Below are positions 29,242 to 38,074 of a stretch of DNA of 64,000 bases, in pieces (position 1 is the first letter of the stretch; every line of letters starts with the position of its first letter). Where the stretch lies: assembly GCA_965203095.1 (NCBI GenBank), contig OZ241877.1:480001-544000 (forward strand), in the 5' to 3' direction. Origin of the DNA: Bdellovibrionales bacterium. GTDB taxonomy: Bacteria; Bdellovibrionota; Bdellovibrionia; Bdellovibrionales; UBA1609. The notes beneath the pieces were generated by a model. It searched no databases. It was not told where the DNA came from and saw only the letters and a program-made list of their open reading frames with translations. A program made the translations under genes and the position numbers.

Positions 29242-30210
29242 ATGTCTAAAAATTTTTCTACTGTCCTGCTCTTTTTTCTGGCTTTTGTGGCGATAGCCCT
29301 TGGTGGCTATCAATGTTCCACAAGGGTTTCCGATGGCAGTTCGCAAGTTTATCTTCCCATCGGCCATCAAGGGCCTCACAATTCTTATTCCCCTTCGGCT
29401 CCCTCTACTAAAAGTCCCTCTTCTTCCTCTTCAGACACTAAAGATTCTTTACCAAAGGAGCCCGATCAGGATTCAGCCTGCCCTCTTATAGAAAATAGTG
29501 GGAGTCATGGGACTATCGCTAATTTCCGGTTCAATCCTCCCAGTCTTGAGGATTTTCTCTTAGGTCGCAGATCAAATTTTGATATAAGATGCTCTCGGAT
29601 GATCCTTTCCATGAGCCAGCTTAACCCCTCTGCCGACAAACCCATATACAAAGGTCGGCTAATTTTAGCTTTTTATGGTGGTGGGGCGGGCTATTCAGGA
29701 CATCAGTTCCTATCTGGAACTACGGATAAAGAAAACAAAAACAACCATTGGGAAATCAAAGGCACTTGGAATACCAGTAAAAGAAAACCTGATATTTCTG
29801 GCAAAAAATTTTACTCTATTTTTGACAACGAAAAGGGAGCTATTATTTTAAAGTTAGAAGATGTTCGCACCAGGGAAGTCAAAGATGGGGAATTGGCCTA
29901 CTTGGCCGCGGGGGACATTTACTACAAAATGTTCCGGATATGGACAGGTGACAATGCCGACACTTGTTATAACAAAGGTATTTATGTCAGCCAAGCACAT
30001 AGTGCTCCATCTAAAGACGGAAGGTGCTGGTTAATAGGCTCTGGGCCTTTCAGTTGCTTGCCTACAGGCCCTCTTCCTCCTTCGGGAGGGCGATCGCCAC
30101 AGGCACCAGACATAGATATTAAAGGTTCCTTACCCTGTTATAGTCGCCTGGGTGAATTTTATAATTTGAATATAGAGAAGGCTTTTAACAGCTCTGTTGA
30201 TGACTTGTAA
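29242..30210 (+). CDS. Hypothetical exported protein / lipoprotein
   Basis: Signal peptide with YQC, Ser/Pro linker, Cys pairs. Confidence 0.75.
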   Translation: MSKNFSTVLLFFLAFVAIALGGYQCSTRVSDGSSQVYLPIGHQGPHNSYSPSAPSTKSPSSSSSDTKDSLPKEPDQDSACPLIENSGSHGTIANFRFNPPSLEDFLLGRRSNFDIRCSRMILSMSQLNPSADKPIYKGRLILAFYGGGAGYSGHQFLSGTTDKENKNNHWEIKGTWNTSKRKPDISGKKFYSIFDNEKGAIILKLEDVRTREVKDGELAYLAAGDIYYKMFRIWTGDNADTCYNKGIYVSQAHSAPSKDGRCWLIGSGPFSCLPTGPLPPSGGRSPQAPDIDIKGSLPCYSRLGEFYNLNIEKAFNSSVDDL

Positions 30211-30259
30211 ATCAATTTAACTGCTTTTTCATTATTAGCGAAAAGGCTAAGGAGGTTTT

Positions 30260-30844
30260 ATGTTTGATGTTTTAAAAAAAATTTTTGTTTTGTTGTCATT
30301 TTTTTTGCTTATTTCTTGTGACAGTAAATCAGGAGAAAGCACTACTGCCACTGGAGGGGTGGCGACCCCTCAACAACAACTTATTTTTTCAAAAACTTGC
30401 CCAGCTGGTTCTGTAAATGTCCATCATACTCCAAGCACTTTAACTACTGCGGGAACTGTAACTTTAGGTCAACTTCCTGTAGGGGCTAAAGTCAGCATTT
30501 CCGGAACCATTACTTCGGGAGGTTGTGGTCAAACCGGCCCTCTCACTTTCACCTGTTCCGCTGTTGTTCAGATCACTAACAATCGAGCTTATGTTTGTGA
30601 GAGTGGAACTATAAGCTCCTCTATTTTAACAGCGAGTGCTCAAACTGTTACGGCAGGGCAATCACCTGTGGCACCAGGGATTGTGCCTCAGCCCCGATCT
30701 TTTGTTGGAGGCTACTTTATGGTTTTTAATAACGGCACCAGCTTATTTGGCCGTATTGAATTGGGGCCTTCACAATGGATTCAAACAAACTGCCCGATAA
30801 GTTTTAATTGTGGTGTTGGTCAAGCTCCTTCTCTTGCTTTTTAA
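30260..30844 (+). CDS. Hypothetical lipoprotein
   Basis: LISC lipobox, RBS AAGGAGG, Thr/Gly-rich. Confidence 0.78.
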   Translation: MFDVLKKIFVLLSFFLLISCDSKSGESTTATGGVATPQQQLIFSKTCPAGSVNVHHTPSTLTTAGTVTLGQLPVGAKVSISGTITSGGCGQTGPLTFTCSAVVQITNNRAYVCESGTISSSILTASAQTVTAGQSPVAPGIVPQPRSFVGGYFMVFNNGTSLFGRIELGPSQWIQTNCPISFNCGVGQAPSLAF

Positions 30845-30912
30845 TTAAATAGGATTTTTTTAAATGGATCTCTGGATATTTTTTTCCCATTTTTAAAAAG
30901 TGGATTAAAAAG

Positions 30913-31773
30913 ATGCTTTTATATGAGGAGGATTTTTTAAGAGATCTGTTTCACCGTGGCTATTCTGAAAACACAGTCTCTGCTTACAAAAGGGACTTGG
31001 CCCGGTGGGAAGACTTTTGCCAATCTCGCCGGCCTGTTCAAGAATTTTATCGTTTTTTAACTAAAGAAAAACTGAGCTTAAGTTCTCAAGCCCGGGTGAT
31101 CAGTTGCGTCCGGAGCTATCTGAAGTTTTTGCAAAAGCGAGGGCAGACAGTAAAAGAGCTGAAATTTATGAGCCTTCCCCCTCTTAATCGCAAACTCCCT
31201 AAGCCTATCCGTTGGCAAGAATTTAAATCCTTATGGCGGGCTTGTGAGGGGAAAACAACAAGTCAATCAATTAGAAACCAACTGATTTTATCTTTTTTAT
31301 ATGGTTTGGGTTGCCGTGTGAGTGAGTTGGTGTCGCTCAATCTTCAGGACTTTAATGAGACAGAAGCTTGGATCAGCCTTATGGGCAAGGGGGGCCGTGA
31401 GAGGCTTTTGCCCTTGACAGGTCATCTCTATAAATTGCTCCTACTTTATTTGAAGGAATCTCGCCCTCACTTAGGGAAAGTGAGCCATCCCTCTTTATTT
31501 TTTAACAATAAGGGCCGGCGCCCCTCCAGAGTGGATATATGGCGTTGGTTAAAAGCATGGTCTTTAAAGGCGGGTTTTGAGGATGTGAAAAACCCTCACT
31601 CCTTCCGCCATGGTTGTGCCACAGGACTTTTAGAAAAAGGAGCTGACCTCAGAGCCATTCAAAAACTTTTAGGCCATTTGAGCATTCAAACCACACAAAT
31701 TTACACTTCTGTCAGTTCAAAAAAACTGAAAGAGGTTGTGGATGAGTTTCACCCTCTTTCACAAGCAAAATGA
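30913..31773 (+). CDS. XerC/XerD-family tyrosine recombinase
   Basis: YSENTVSAYKRDL, GCRVSEL, GKGGRER, PHSFRH, LLGH..IQTTQIYT (R-K-H-R-H-Y residues). Confidence 0.92.
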   Translation: MLLYEEDFLRDLFHRGYSENTVSAYKRDLARWEDFCQSRRPVQEFYRFLTKEKLSLSSQARVISCVRSYLKFLQKRGQTVKELKFMSLPPLNRKLPKPIRWQEFKSLWRACEGKTTSQSIRNQLILSFLYGLGCRVSELVSLNLQDFNETEAWISLMGKGGRERLLPLTGHLYKLLLLYLKESRPHLGKVSHPSLFFNNKGRRPSRVDIWRWLKAWSLKAGFEDVKNPHSFRHGCATGLLEKGADLRAIQKLLGHLSIQTTQIYTSVSSKKLKEVVDEFHPLSQAK

Positions 31774-32091
31774 TTTTTTTTAAAAAAGCCCTTCAAACTT
31801 TTTTATATTGATTCATGACACTTTAGGCTATGCCTGATATTAGCTAAAGTGTTGAAATGAATAGGAAAAATGTTTGAAAAACAAGCTCTAAAAGTGTCAT
31901 GAACTTTTAAATTTTTAGGCAAAATGAATTAAGCTCTAAAACTCTCTATTTTCCCCTCTAATCTATATCTATATTCCAGCATTCAAGACACAAACAAGCT
32001 TATTCTATCTGACATTTGAGCACTTTAAACAAAACTTATTTTTTAAAAAAAGTTGAGGCAGGAAAGCCAAGTTTCTCAATATCAAAATAAT

Positions 32092-33063
32092 TTAATCAAT
32101 CAGGTCATATTTTCGTAAAAGTTCAAGGTGTTCCTCATCTGAAGTGACAGCGTCCAGTTCTTCCTGAAATTTTCTGCTTATCTCTGCATCACGGGCATCC
32201 TTCTCTTCTACAAAGTGATTCAGATCATTAAATATTACATCTAACTCATCGTAAGCTTTTTTAATAATCGGAATTATTTCCTCCTCAAGTAAATCATTAT
32301 ACTCTTGACAATCCGGCAAAGCATCCCTGCAAGATCTTTTGTTTAAAAGGGAGAGCCTCTCCCCCTCTAATGGCAAAAGGGCTTGGGCGGAATCTTTTAA
32401 CACCTGACAAGCTGATTGATAAAACCGGTAGAGCTCTTCTATAAAATAATCTTTCATTGGTAGGGAGAGGCAACGGTTGGCATGCTCAATGGTTTTTTCC
32501 AAACTGTCCTCAGTATATAAATTGTAAGTGGGGTAAGTGTTTAAATTCCTCTCCCCATTGTAATTAGGAGATTGCATTAAATATAAATTATAAATGCCTT
32601 CAGCTCCTGATCCAAACTTATCAAAGTAAGTCATAGGGACCTGATAATGGGAGTTCAGCTCCATCTGGTCTGTTTGCTCATGCCAGAGCAGGACAGTATC
32701 AAAATTTTGGCCATTAAATCGAGGATAGTCAAAAGTCCCTTCAATTAAAGATATTACCCGGAGATAAGCCACTATAGTTTCATTCAATTGCTCATAATCC
32801 CTTGTTCCATAATTCCATTGGTGTTGAATGTATTTGGCCATATAAAAAGCACCAGGGATATAGCCTTGATTGTCCAGATCTTGAATAAAAGCTAAAGCCT
32901 TTTCTTTACCCCCGTTAAAGATAAGGCAATGAGCATAATTCATCATATCAGCTTTAGATTCCGGAGAATAATGATATTCTTCCTCCCATTCCTGACAAGC
33001 CGGATTGGCATAAGCATTTAAAGTGAACCCTATCATCATAAAAATCAATATTCTAAAAAACAT
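32092..33063 (-). CDS. Secreted Sel1/TPR-like helical protein, array member 5
   Basis: Signal peptide ending AYA; KEKALAFIQDLDNQGYIPGAFYMAKY resembles a Sel1-like repeat; paralog of four neighbours. Confidence 0.85.
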   Translation of the reverse strand: MFFRILIFMMIGFTLNAYANPACQEWEEEYHYSPESKADMMNYAHCLIFNGGKEKALAFIQDLDNQGYIPGAFYMAKYIQHQWNYGTRDYEQLNETIVAYLRVISLIEGTFDYPRFNGQNFDTVLLWHEQTDQMELNSHYQVPMTYFDKFGSGAEGIYNLYLMQSPNYNGERNLNTYPTYNLYTEDSLEKTIEHANRCLSLPMKDYFIEELYRFYQSACQVLKDSAQALLPLEGERLSLLNKRSCRDALPDCQEYNDLLEEEIIPIIKKAYDELDVIFNDLNHFVEEKDARDAEISRKFQEELDAVTSDEEHLELLRKYDLID

Positions 33064-33098
33064 AAATCCTCCTTATTTTTATGCTTTAATATGAGACA

Positions 33099-33127
33099 TT
33101 TATAACTAAAAACAGGCTAAAAGTCAA
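33099..33127 (-). promoter_or_regulatory. Sigma70-type promoter repeated before every array gene
   Basis: TTGACT-17 nt-TATAAA on the minus strand; also at 34186-34214, 35303-35331, 36380-36408 and 37463-37491; RBS AAGGAGG follows. Confidence 0.75.
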
Positions 33128-33184
33128 GTTTTAACCTGCTGAACCTTTAAACAAAACCTGTTTTTTTAAAAAAAGATTGAACTT

Positions 33185-34144
33185 CTATGAGATTTCACAA
33201 GTAAATTCATCAGTTAGGATTATTCCCTGCTCATCAAAAAGTCTTTGTCTTCTTTCAAGTTCTGCCTCTAAGCAAGCATCCTTCTTTTCTAAAAAGCGAC
33301 TCAGATCGTCAAATATCACATCCAATTCATCGTAAGCTTGATGAACAATTGAAGTCATTCTTCCATCAGCCAAGTCATTATACTCTTGACAGTCAGGCAA
33401 AGTATCCCTGCAAGACCTTTTGTTTAAAAGGGATAGCCTTTCCCTCTCTAATGGCAAAAGGGCTTGGGCAGAATCTTTTAATACCTGACAGGCCGATTGA
33501 TAAAACTGGTAGACCTCCTCTATAAAATAATCTTTCATCGGTAGGGAAAGGCAACGGTTGGCATGCTCAATGGTTTTTTCCAAACTGTCCTCAGTATATA
33601 AATTGTAAGTGGGGGAAGTGTTTAAATTCCTCTCCCCATTGTAATTAGAGGATTGCATTAAATATAAATTATAAATGCCTGTAGCTCCTTCTATAAACTT
33701 ATCGAAGTAAGATACAGCAACTTGATAATGGGAGTTCAGTTCTATACTGTCTGTTTGCTCATACCAAAGCAGAGCACCATCAAAGCCCTGACTACTAAAC
33801 ATGGGGTAATCAAAAGCCCCTTCAATTAAAGATATTACCCGGAGATAAGCCATTATAATTTCATCTAAACGATCATAATCCCTTGTTCCAAAATTCCATT
33901 CGTTATGAATGTATTTGGCCATATAAAAAGCCCCAGGGATATAGCCTCGATTGTCCAGGTCTTGAATAAAAACTAAAGCCTTTTCTTTATCCCCGTTAAA
34001 GATAAGGCAATGAGCATAATTCATAGAAGTAGCATTATGTTCCGGATGAGCATGATATGCTTGCTCTACTACCGAACAAGATGGATTGGCATAAGCATTT
34101 AAAGTAAAAATCATCATCATCAAAGTTAAAAGCTTTAAAAACAT
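33185..34144 (-). CDS. Secreted Sel1/TPR-like helical protein, array member 4
   Basis: Paralog; N-terminal block identical to member 1. Confidence 0.85.
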   Translation of the reverse strand: MFLKLLTLMMMIFTLNAYANPSCSVVEQAYHAHPEHNATSMNYAHCLIFNGDKEKALVFIQDLDNRGYIPGAFYMAKYIHNEWNFGTRDYDRLDEIIMAYLRVISLIEGAFDYPMFSSQGFDGALLWYEQTDSIELNSHYQVAVSYFDKFIEGATGIYNLYLMQSSNYNGERNLNTSPTYNLYTEDSLEKTIEHANRCLSLPMKDYFIEEVYQFYQSACQVLKDSAQALLPLERERLSLLNKRSCRDTLPDCQEYNDLADGRMTSIVHQAYDELDVIFDDLSRFLEKKDACLEAELERRQRLFDEQGIILTDEFTCEIS

Positions 34145-34295
34145 AAATCCTCCTTATTTTTATGCTTTAATATGAATATGAAACATTTATAACTAAAAAT
34201 AGGCTAAAAGTCAAGTTTTAACCTGCTGAACCTTTAAACAAAACCTGTTTTTTAAAAAAACTGAGGCAAGCCAAAGTTCTCAATATCAAAATAAT

Positions 34296-35267
34296 TTAAT
34301 CAATCAGGTCATATTTTCGTAAAAGTTCAAGGTGTTCCTCATCTGAAGTGACAGCGTCCAGTTCTTCCTGAAATTTTCTGCTTATCTCTGCATCACGGGC
34401 TTCCTTCTCTTCAAAAAAGCGATTCAGATCGTCAAATATTATATCCAATTCATCATGAGTTTCTCCAATAATCGGAAACATTTTCTCTTTAACCAATTCA
34501 TCATACTCTTGACAATTCGGCAAAGCACTCCTGCAAGACCTTTTGTTTAAAAGGGAGAGCCTCTCCCCCTCTAATGGCAAAAGGGCTTGGGCAGAATCTT
34601 TTAATACCTGACAGGCTGATTGATAAAACCGGTAGGCTTCCTCTATAAAATAATCTTTCATCGGTAGGGAAAGGCAACGGTTGGCATGCTCAATGGTTTT
34701 TTCCAAACTGTCCTCAGTATATAAATTGTAAGCGGGGTAAGTGTTTAAATCCCTCTCCCCACTGTAATTAGAAGATTGCATTAAATATAAATTATAAATA
34801 CCTGCCGCTCCTTTTTTAAACTTATGAAAGTAAGTCATAGGGACCCGATAATGAGAACTCAGCTCCATCTGGTCTTTTCTCTCATGCCAGAGCAGGACAG
34901 TATCAAAATTTTGGCCATTAAATCGGGGATAGTCATAAGTCCCTTCAATTAAAGATATTACCCGGAGATAAGCCACTATAGTTTCATTTAAACGCTCATA
35001 ATCCCTTGTTCCATAATTCCATCTGTGCTGAATGTATTTGGCCATATAAAAAACCCCAGGAATATAACCTTGTCTGTCAAGCTGTTGGATAAAAGCTAAA
35101 GCCTTTTCTTTATCCCCGTTAAAGATAAGGCAACGGGCATAACCCATAACATCCGGGAGATAATCTGGAGAATAATGATATTCTTCCTCCCATTCCCGAC
35201 AGGCTGGGTTTGCATAAGCATTTAAAGTAAAAATCATCATCATCAAGGTTAAGAACTTTAAAAACAT
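34296..35267 (-). CDS. Secreted Sel1/TPR-like helical protein, array member 3
   Basis: Paralog; C-terminal tail shared with member 5. Confidence 0.85.
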   Translation of the reverse strand: MFLKFLTLMMMIFTLNAYANPACREWEEEYHYSPDYLPDVMGYARCLIFNGDKEKALAFIQQLDRQGYIPGVFYMAKYIQHRWNYGTRDYERLNETIVAYLRVISLIEGTYDYPRFNGQNFDTVLLWHERKDQMELSSHYRVPMTYFHKFKKGAAGIYNLYLMQSSNYSGERDLNTYPAYNLYTEDSLEKTIEHANRCLSLPMKDYFIEEAYRFYQSACQVLKDSAQALLPLEGERLSLLNKRSCRSALPNCQEYDELVKEKMFPIIGETHDELDIIFDDLNRFFEEKEARDAEISRKFQEELDAVTSDEEHLELLRKYDLID

Positions 35268-35384
35268 AAATCCTCCTTATTTTTATGCTTTAATATGAAA
35301 CATTTATAACTAAAAACAGGCTAAAAGTCAAGTTTTAACCTACTGAACCTTTAAACAAAACTTATTTTTAAAAAAAACGAATTT

Positions 35385-36344
35385 CTATGATATATCACAA
35401 GTAAATTCATCAGTTACGATTATTCCCTGCTCATCAAAAAGTCTTTGTCTTCTTTCAAGTTCTGCCTCTAAGCAAGCATCCTTCTTTTCTAAAAAGTGAT
35501 TCAGATCATTAAATATTACATCTAACTCATCGTAAGCTTTTTTAATAATCGGAATTATTTCCTCCTCAAGTAAATCATTATACTCTTGACAATCCGGCAA
35601 AGCATCCCTGCAAGATCTTTTGTTTAAAAGGGATAGCCTCTCCCCCTCTAATGGCAAAAGGGCTTGGGCGGAATCTTTTAACACCTGGCAGGCCGATTGA
35701 TAAAACCTATAGACCTCCTCTATAAAATAATCTTTCATCGGTAGGGAAAGGCAACGGTTGGCATGTTCAATGGTTTTTTCCAAACTGTCCTCAGTATATA
35801 AATTGTAAGTGGGGTAAGTGTTTAAATTCCTCTCCCCATTGTAATTAGGAGATTGCATTAAATATAAATTATAAATGCCTTCAGCTCCTGATCCAAACTT
35901 ATCAAAGTAAGTCATAGGGACCTGATAATGGGAGTTCAGTTCTATACTGTCTGTTTGCTCATACCAAAGCAGAGCACCATCAAAGCCCTGACTACTAAAC
36001 ATGGGGTAATCAAAAGCCCCTTCAATTAAAGATATTACCCGGAGATAAGCCACTATAGTTTCATCTAAACGATCATAATCCCTTGTTCCATAATTCCATT
36101 CGTTATGAATGTATTTGGCCATATAAAAAGCCCCAGGGATATAGCCTTGTCTGTCAAGCTGTTGGATAAAACCCAAAGCTTTTTCTTTATCTCCTTCAGA
36201 AATGAGGCAAAAAGCATAACCCATAACATCCGGGAGATAATCTGGGGAATGATGATATTCTTCCTCCCATTCCTGACAAGCCGTATTGGCATAAGCATTT
36301 AAAGTAAAAATCATCATCATCAAAGTTAAGAACTTAAAAAACAT
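35385..36344 (-). CDS. Secreted Sel1/TPR-like helical protein, array member 2
   Basis: Paralog; mosaic of blocks found in members 1, 3, 4 and 5. Confidence 0.85.
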   Translation of the reverse strand: MFFKFLTLMMMIFTLNAYANTACQEWEEEYHHSPDYLPDVMGYAFCLISEGDKEKALGFIQQLDRQGYIPGAFYMAKYIHNEWNYGTRDYDRLDETIVAYLRVISLIEGAFDYPMFSSQGFDGALLWYEQTDSIELNSHYQVPMTYFDKFGSGAEGIYNLYLMQSPNYNGERNLNTYPTYNLYTEDSLEKTIEHANRCLSLPMKDYFIEEVYRFYQSACQVLKDSAQALLPLEGERLSLLNKRSCRDALPDCQEYNDLLEEEIIPIIKKAYDELDVIFNDLNHFLEKKDACLEAELERRQRLFDEQGIIVTDEFTCDIS

Positions 36345-36461
36345 AAATCCTCCTTATTTTTATGCCTCAATATGAAACATTTATAACTAAAAACAGGCTA
36401 AAAGTCAAGTTTTAACCTACTGAACCTTTAAACAAAACTTGTTTTTTAAAAAAACGAATTT

Positions 36462-37421
36462 CTATGATATATCACAAGTAAATTCATCAGTTAGGATTAT
36501 TCCCTGCTCATCAAAAAGTCTTTGTCTTCTTTCAAGTTCTGCCTCTAAGCAAGCATCCTTCTTTTCTAAAAAGTGATTCAGATCATTAAATATTACATCC
36601 AATTTATTAAGAGTTCTATTGACAATAGGGACCATCTCCCCTTGGAGAAGATCATTATATTCCTCACAGTTAGTCAAGTCCCCTTGGCAAGATCTTTTGT
36701 TTAAAAAGGATAGCCTCTCCCCCTCTAATGGCAGAAGGGCTTGGGCAGAATCTTTTAATACCTGACAGGCTGATTGATAAAACCGGTAGACCTCTTCTAT
36801 AAAATAATCTTTCATCGGTAGGGAAAGGCAACGGTTGGCATGTTCAATGGTTTTTTCCAAACTGTCCTCAGTATATAAATTGTAAGTGGGGTAAGTGTTT
36901 AAATCCCTCCCTCCACTATAATTAGGAGATTGCATTAAATATAAATTATGAGCACCGTTAGCCCCTTTTGTAAATTTATTGAAATAAGACACAGAGACAT
37001 TATAATAGGAGCTCAACTCCATACTGTCTGTTTGCTCATACCAGAGCAGAGCACCATCAAAATTTTGGCCATTAAATTGGGGATAGTCATAAGCCCTTTC
37101 AATTAAAGAGATTACCCGGAGATAAGCCACTATAGTCTCATTTAAACGATCATAATCTCTTGTTTCAAAAGTCCCTCCAGTTTGAATGTGTTTGGCCATA
37201 TAAAAAGCCCCAGGGATATAGCCTCGATTGTCCAGGTCTTGAATAAAAACTAAAGCCTTTTCTTTATCCCCGTTAAAGATAAGGCAATGAGCATAATTCA
37301 TAGAAGTAGCATTATGTTCCGGATGAGCATGATATGCTTGCTCTACTACCGAACAAGATGGATTGGCATAAGCATTTAAAGTAAAAATCATCATCATCAA
37401 AGTTAAAAGCTTTAAAAACAT
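36462..37421 (-). CDS. Secreted Sel1/TPR-like helical protein, array member 1
   Basis: Paralog; most divergent middle segments. Confidence 0.85.
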   Translation of the reverse strand: MFLKLLTLMMMIFTLNAYANPSCSVVEQAYHAHPEHNATSMNYAHCLIFNGDKEKALVFIQDLDNRGYIPGAFYMAKHIQTGGTFETRDYDRLNETIVAYLRVISLIERAYDYPQFNGQNFDGALLWYEQTDSMELSSYYNVSVSYFNKFTKGANGAHNLYLMQSPNYSGGRDLNTYPTYNLYTEDSLEKTIEHANRCLSLPMKDYFIEEVYRFYQSACQVLKDSAQALLPLEGERLSFLNKRSCQGDLTNCEEYNDLLQGEMVPIVNRTLNKLDVIFNDLNHFLEKKDACLEAELERRQRLFDEQGIILTDEFTCDIS

Positions 37422-37625
37422 AAATCCTCCTTATTTTTATGCTTTAATATGAATATGAAACATTTATAACTAAAAATAGGCTAAAAGTCAAGTTTTAGCC
37501 TACTGAACCTTTAAACAAAACCTGTTTTTTAAAAAAACTGTTTAAAGATTGAACAGTTTTTTAATTAAATAATTTTCCTGAAATTATAGCATGAACAAAA
37601 CTTTAGTGTTGAGAGCCAGGATATC

Positions 37626-37646
37626 TGGATTCCCGTTTTCACGGGA
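37626..37646. repeat. REP/dRS3-like palindrome (family C)
   Basis: TGGATTCCCGTTTTCACGGGA, reverse complement of the TCCCGnnnnnCGGGAATCC pattern. Confidence 0.65.
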
Positions 37647-37686
37647 GCTAAAAAGCTTGGGGAGCTTTTGGGCAAAGAAATTAAAT

Positions 37687-37937
37687 AGTCGTCCGTGAAA
37701 AAGTCTCAGTTAGTCCTTCTCATTCTCTGCTTTTACAGGGGCAAGCTTTTCAATTGCTTTTGCCTAAAGGCCGTCCCATGAGGGTCCAAGGTATTGCCGT
37801 CCCGAAATGCTGTGGCCTTTGGGCAAATAAACTAAAAAGTCCTCTGTAAACTATTGCACAAGCAAAATCCCTGGTGAGGGGCCAAGGTATTTTTTGCTCA
37901 AAATGGGATAGCCTTTAGATAAAGAAACTAAAAAATA
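37687..37937. repeat. Two adjacent family B repeat copies
   Basis: CCGTGAAAAA end; TGAGGGTCCAAGGTATT at about 37779 and TGAGGGGCCAAGGTATT at about 37875; GCACAAGCAAAA shared with the 19665 copy. Confidence 0.7.
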
Positions 37938-38074
37938 GTGCTTTTAGATAAAAAAATAAAAAAAAGCTTGAGATTTTTTCTCAAACTGTTAGGATGTAAG
38001 TCCGTTTAAGTCTTAAGTAAATCTCAAAGAGGTGGCTGAAAATGACTTCAAAACATAAAAACAGGGAGGAAAAC

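Larger units (their letters stand above)
32024..37533 (-). repeat. Tandem array of five ~1.1-kb gene units delimited by six TTTAAACAAAAC(C/T)T(G/A)TTTTT(T)AAA palindromes
   Basis: Palindromes at 32024, 33146, 34233, 35350, 36427 and 37510; near-identical intergenic DNA in each unit. Confidence 0.9.

Noticed and set aside
32024..32047. Array palindrome as a canonical dif site
   Set aside because: Only weak AT-driven similarity to the XerD arm TTATGTTAAAT; arm spacing is shorter than 11-6-11 and varies.
32024..37533. Array as CRISPR, DGR or classical integron
   Set aside because: Units are ~1.1-kb genes, not short repeat-spacers. No cas or reverse transcriptase is present and variation is not adenine-specific. 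The recombinase is short, shows no obvious IntI insertion, is convergent, and no attC boxes were recognised.
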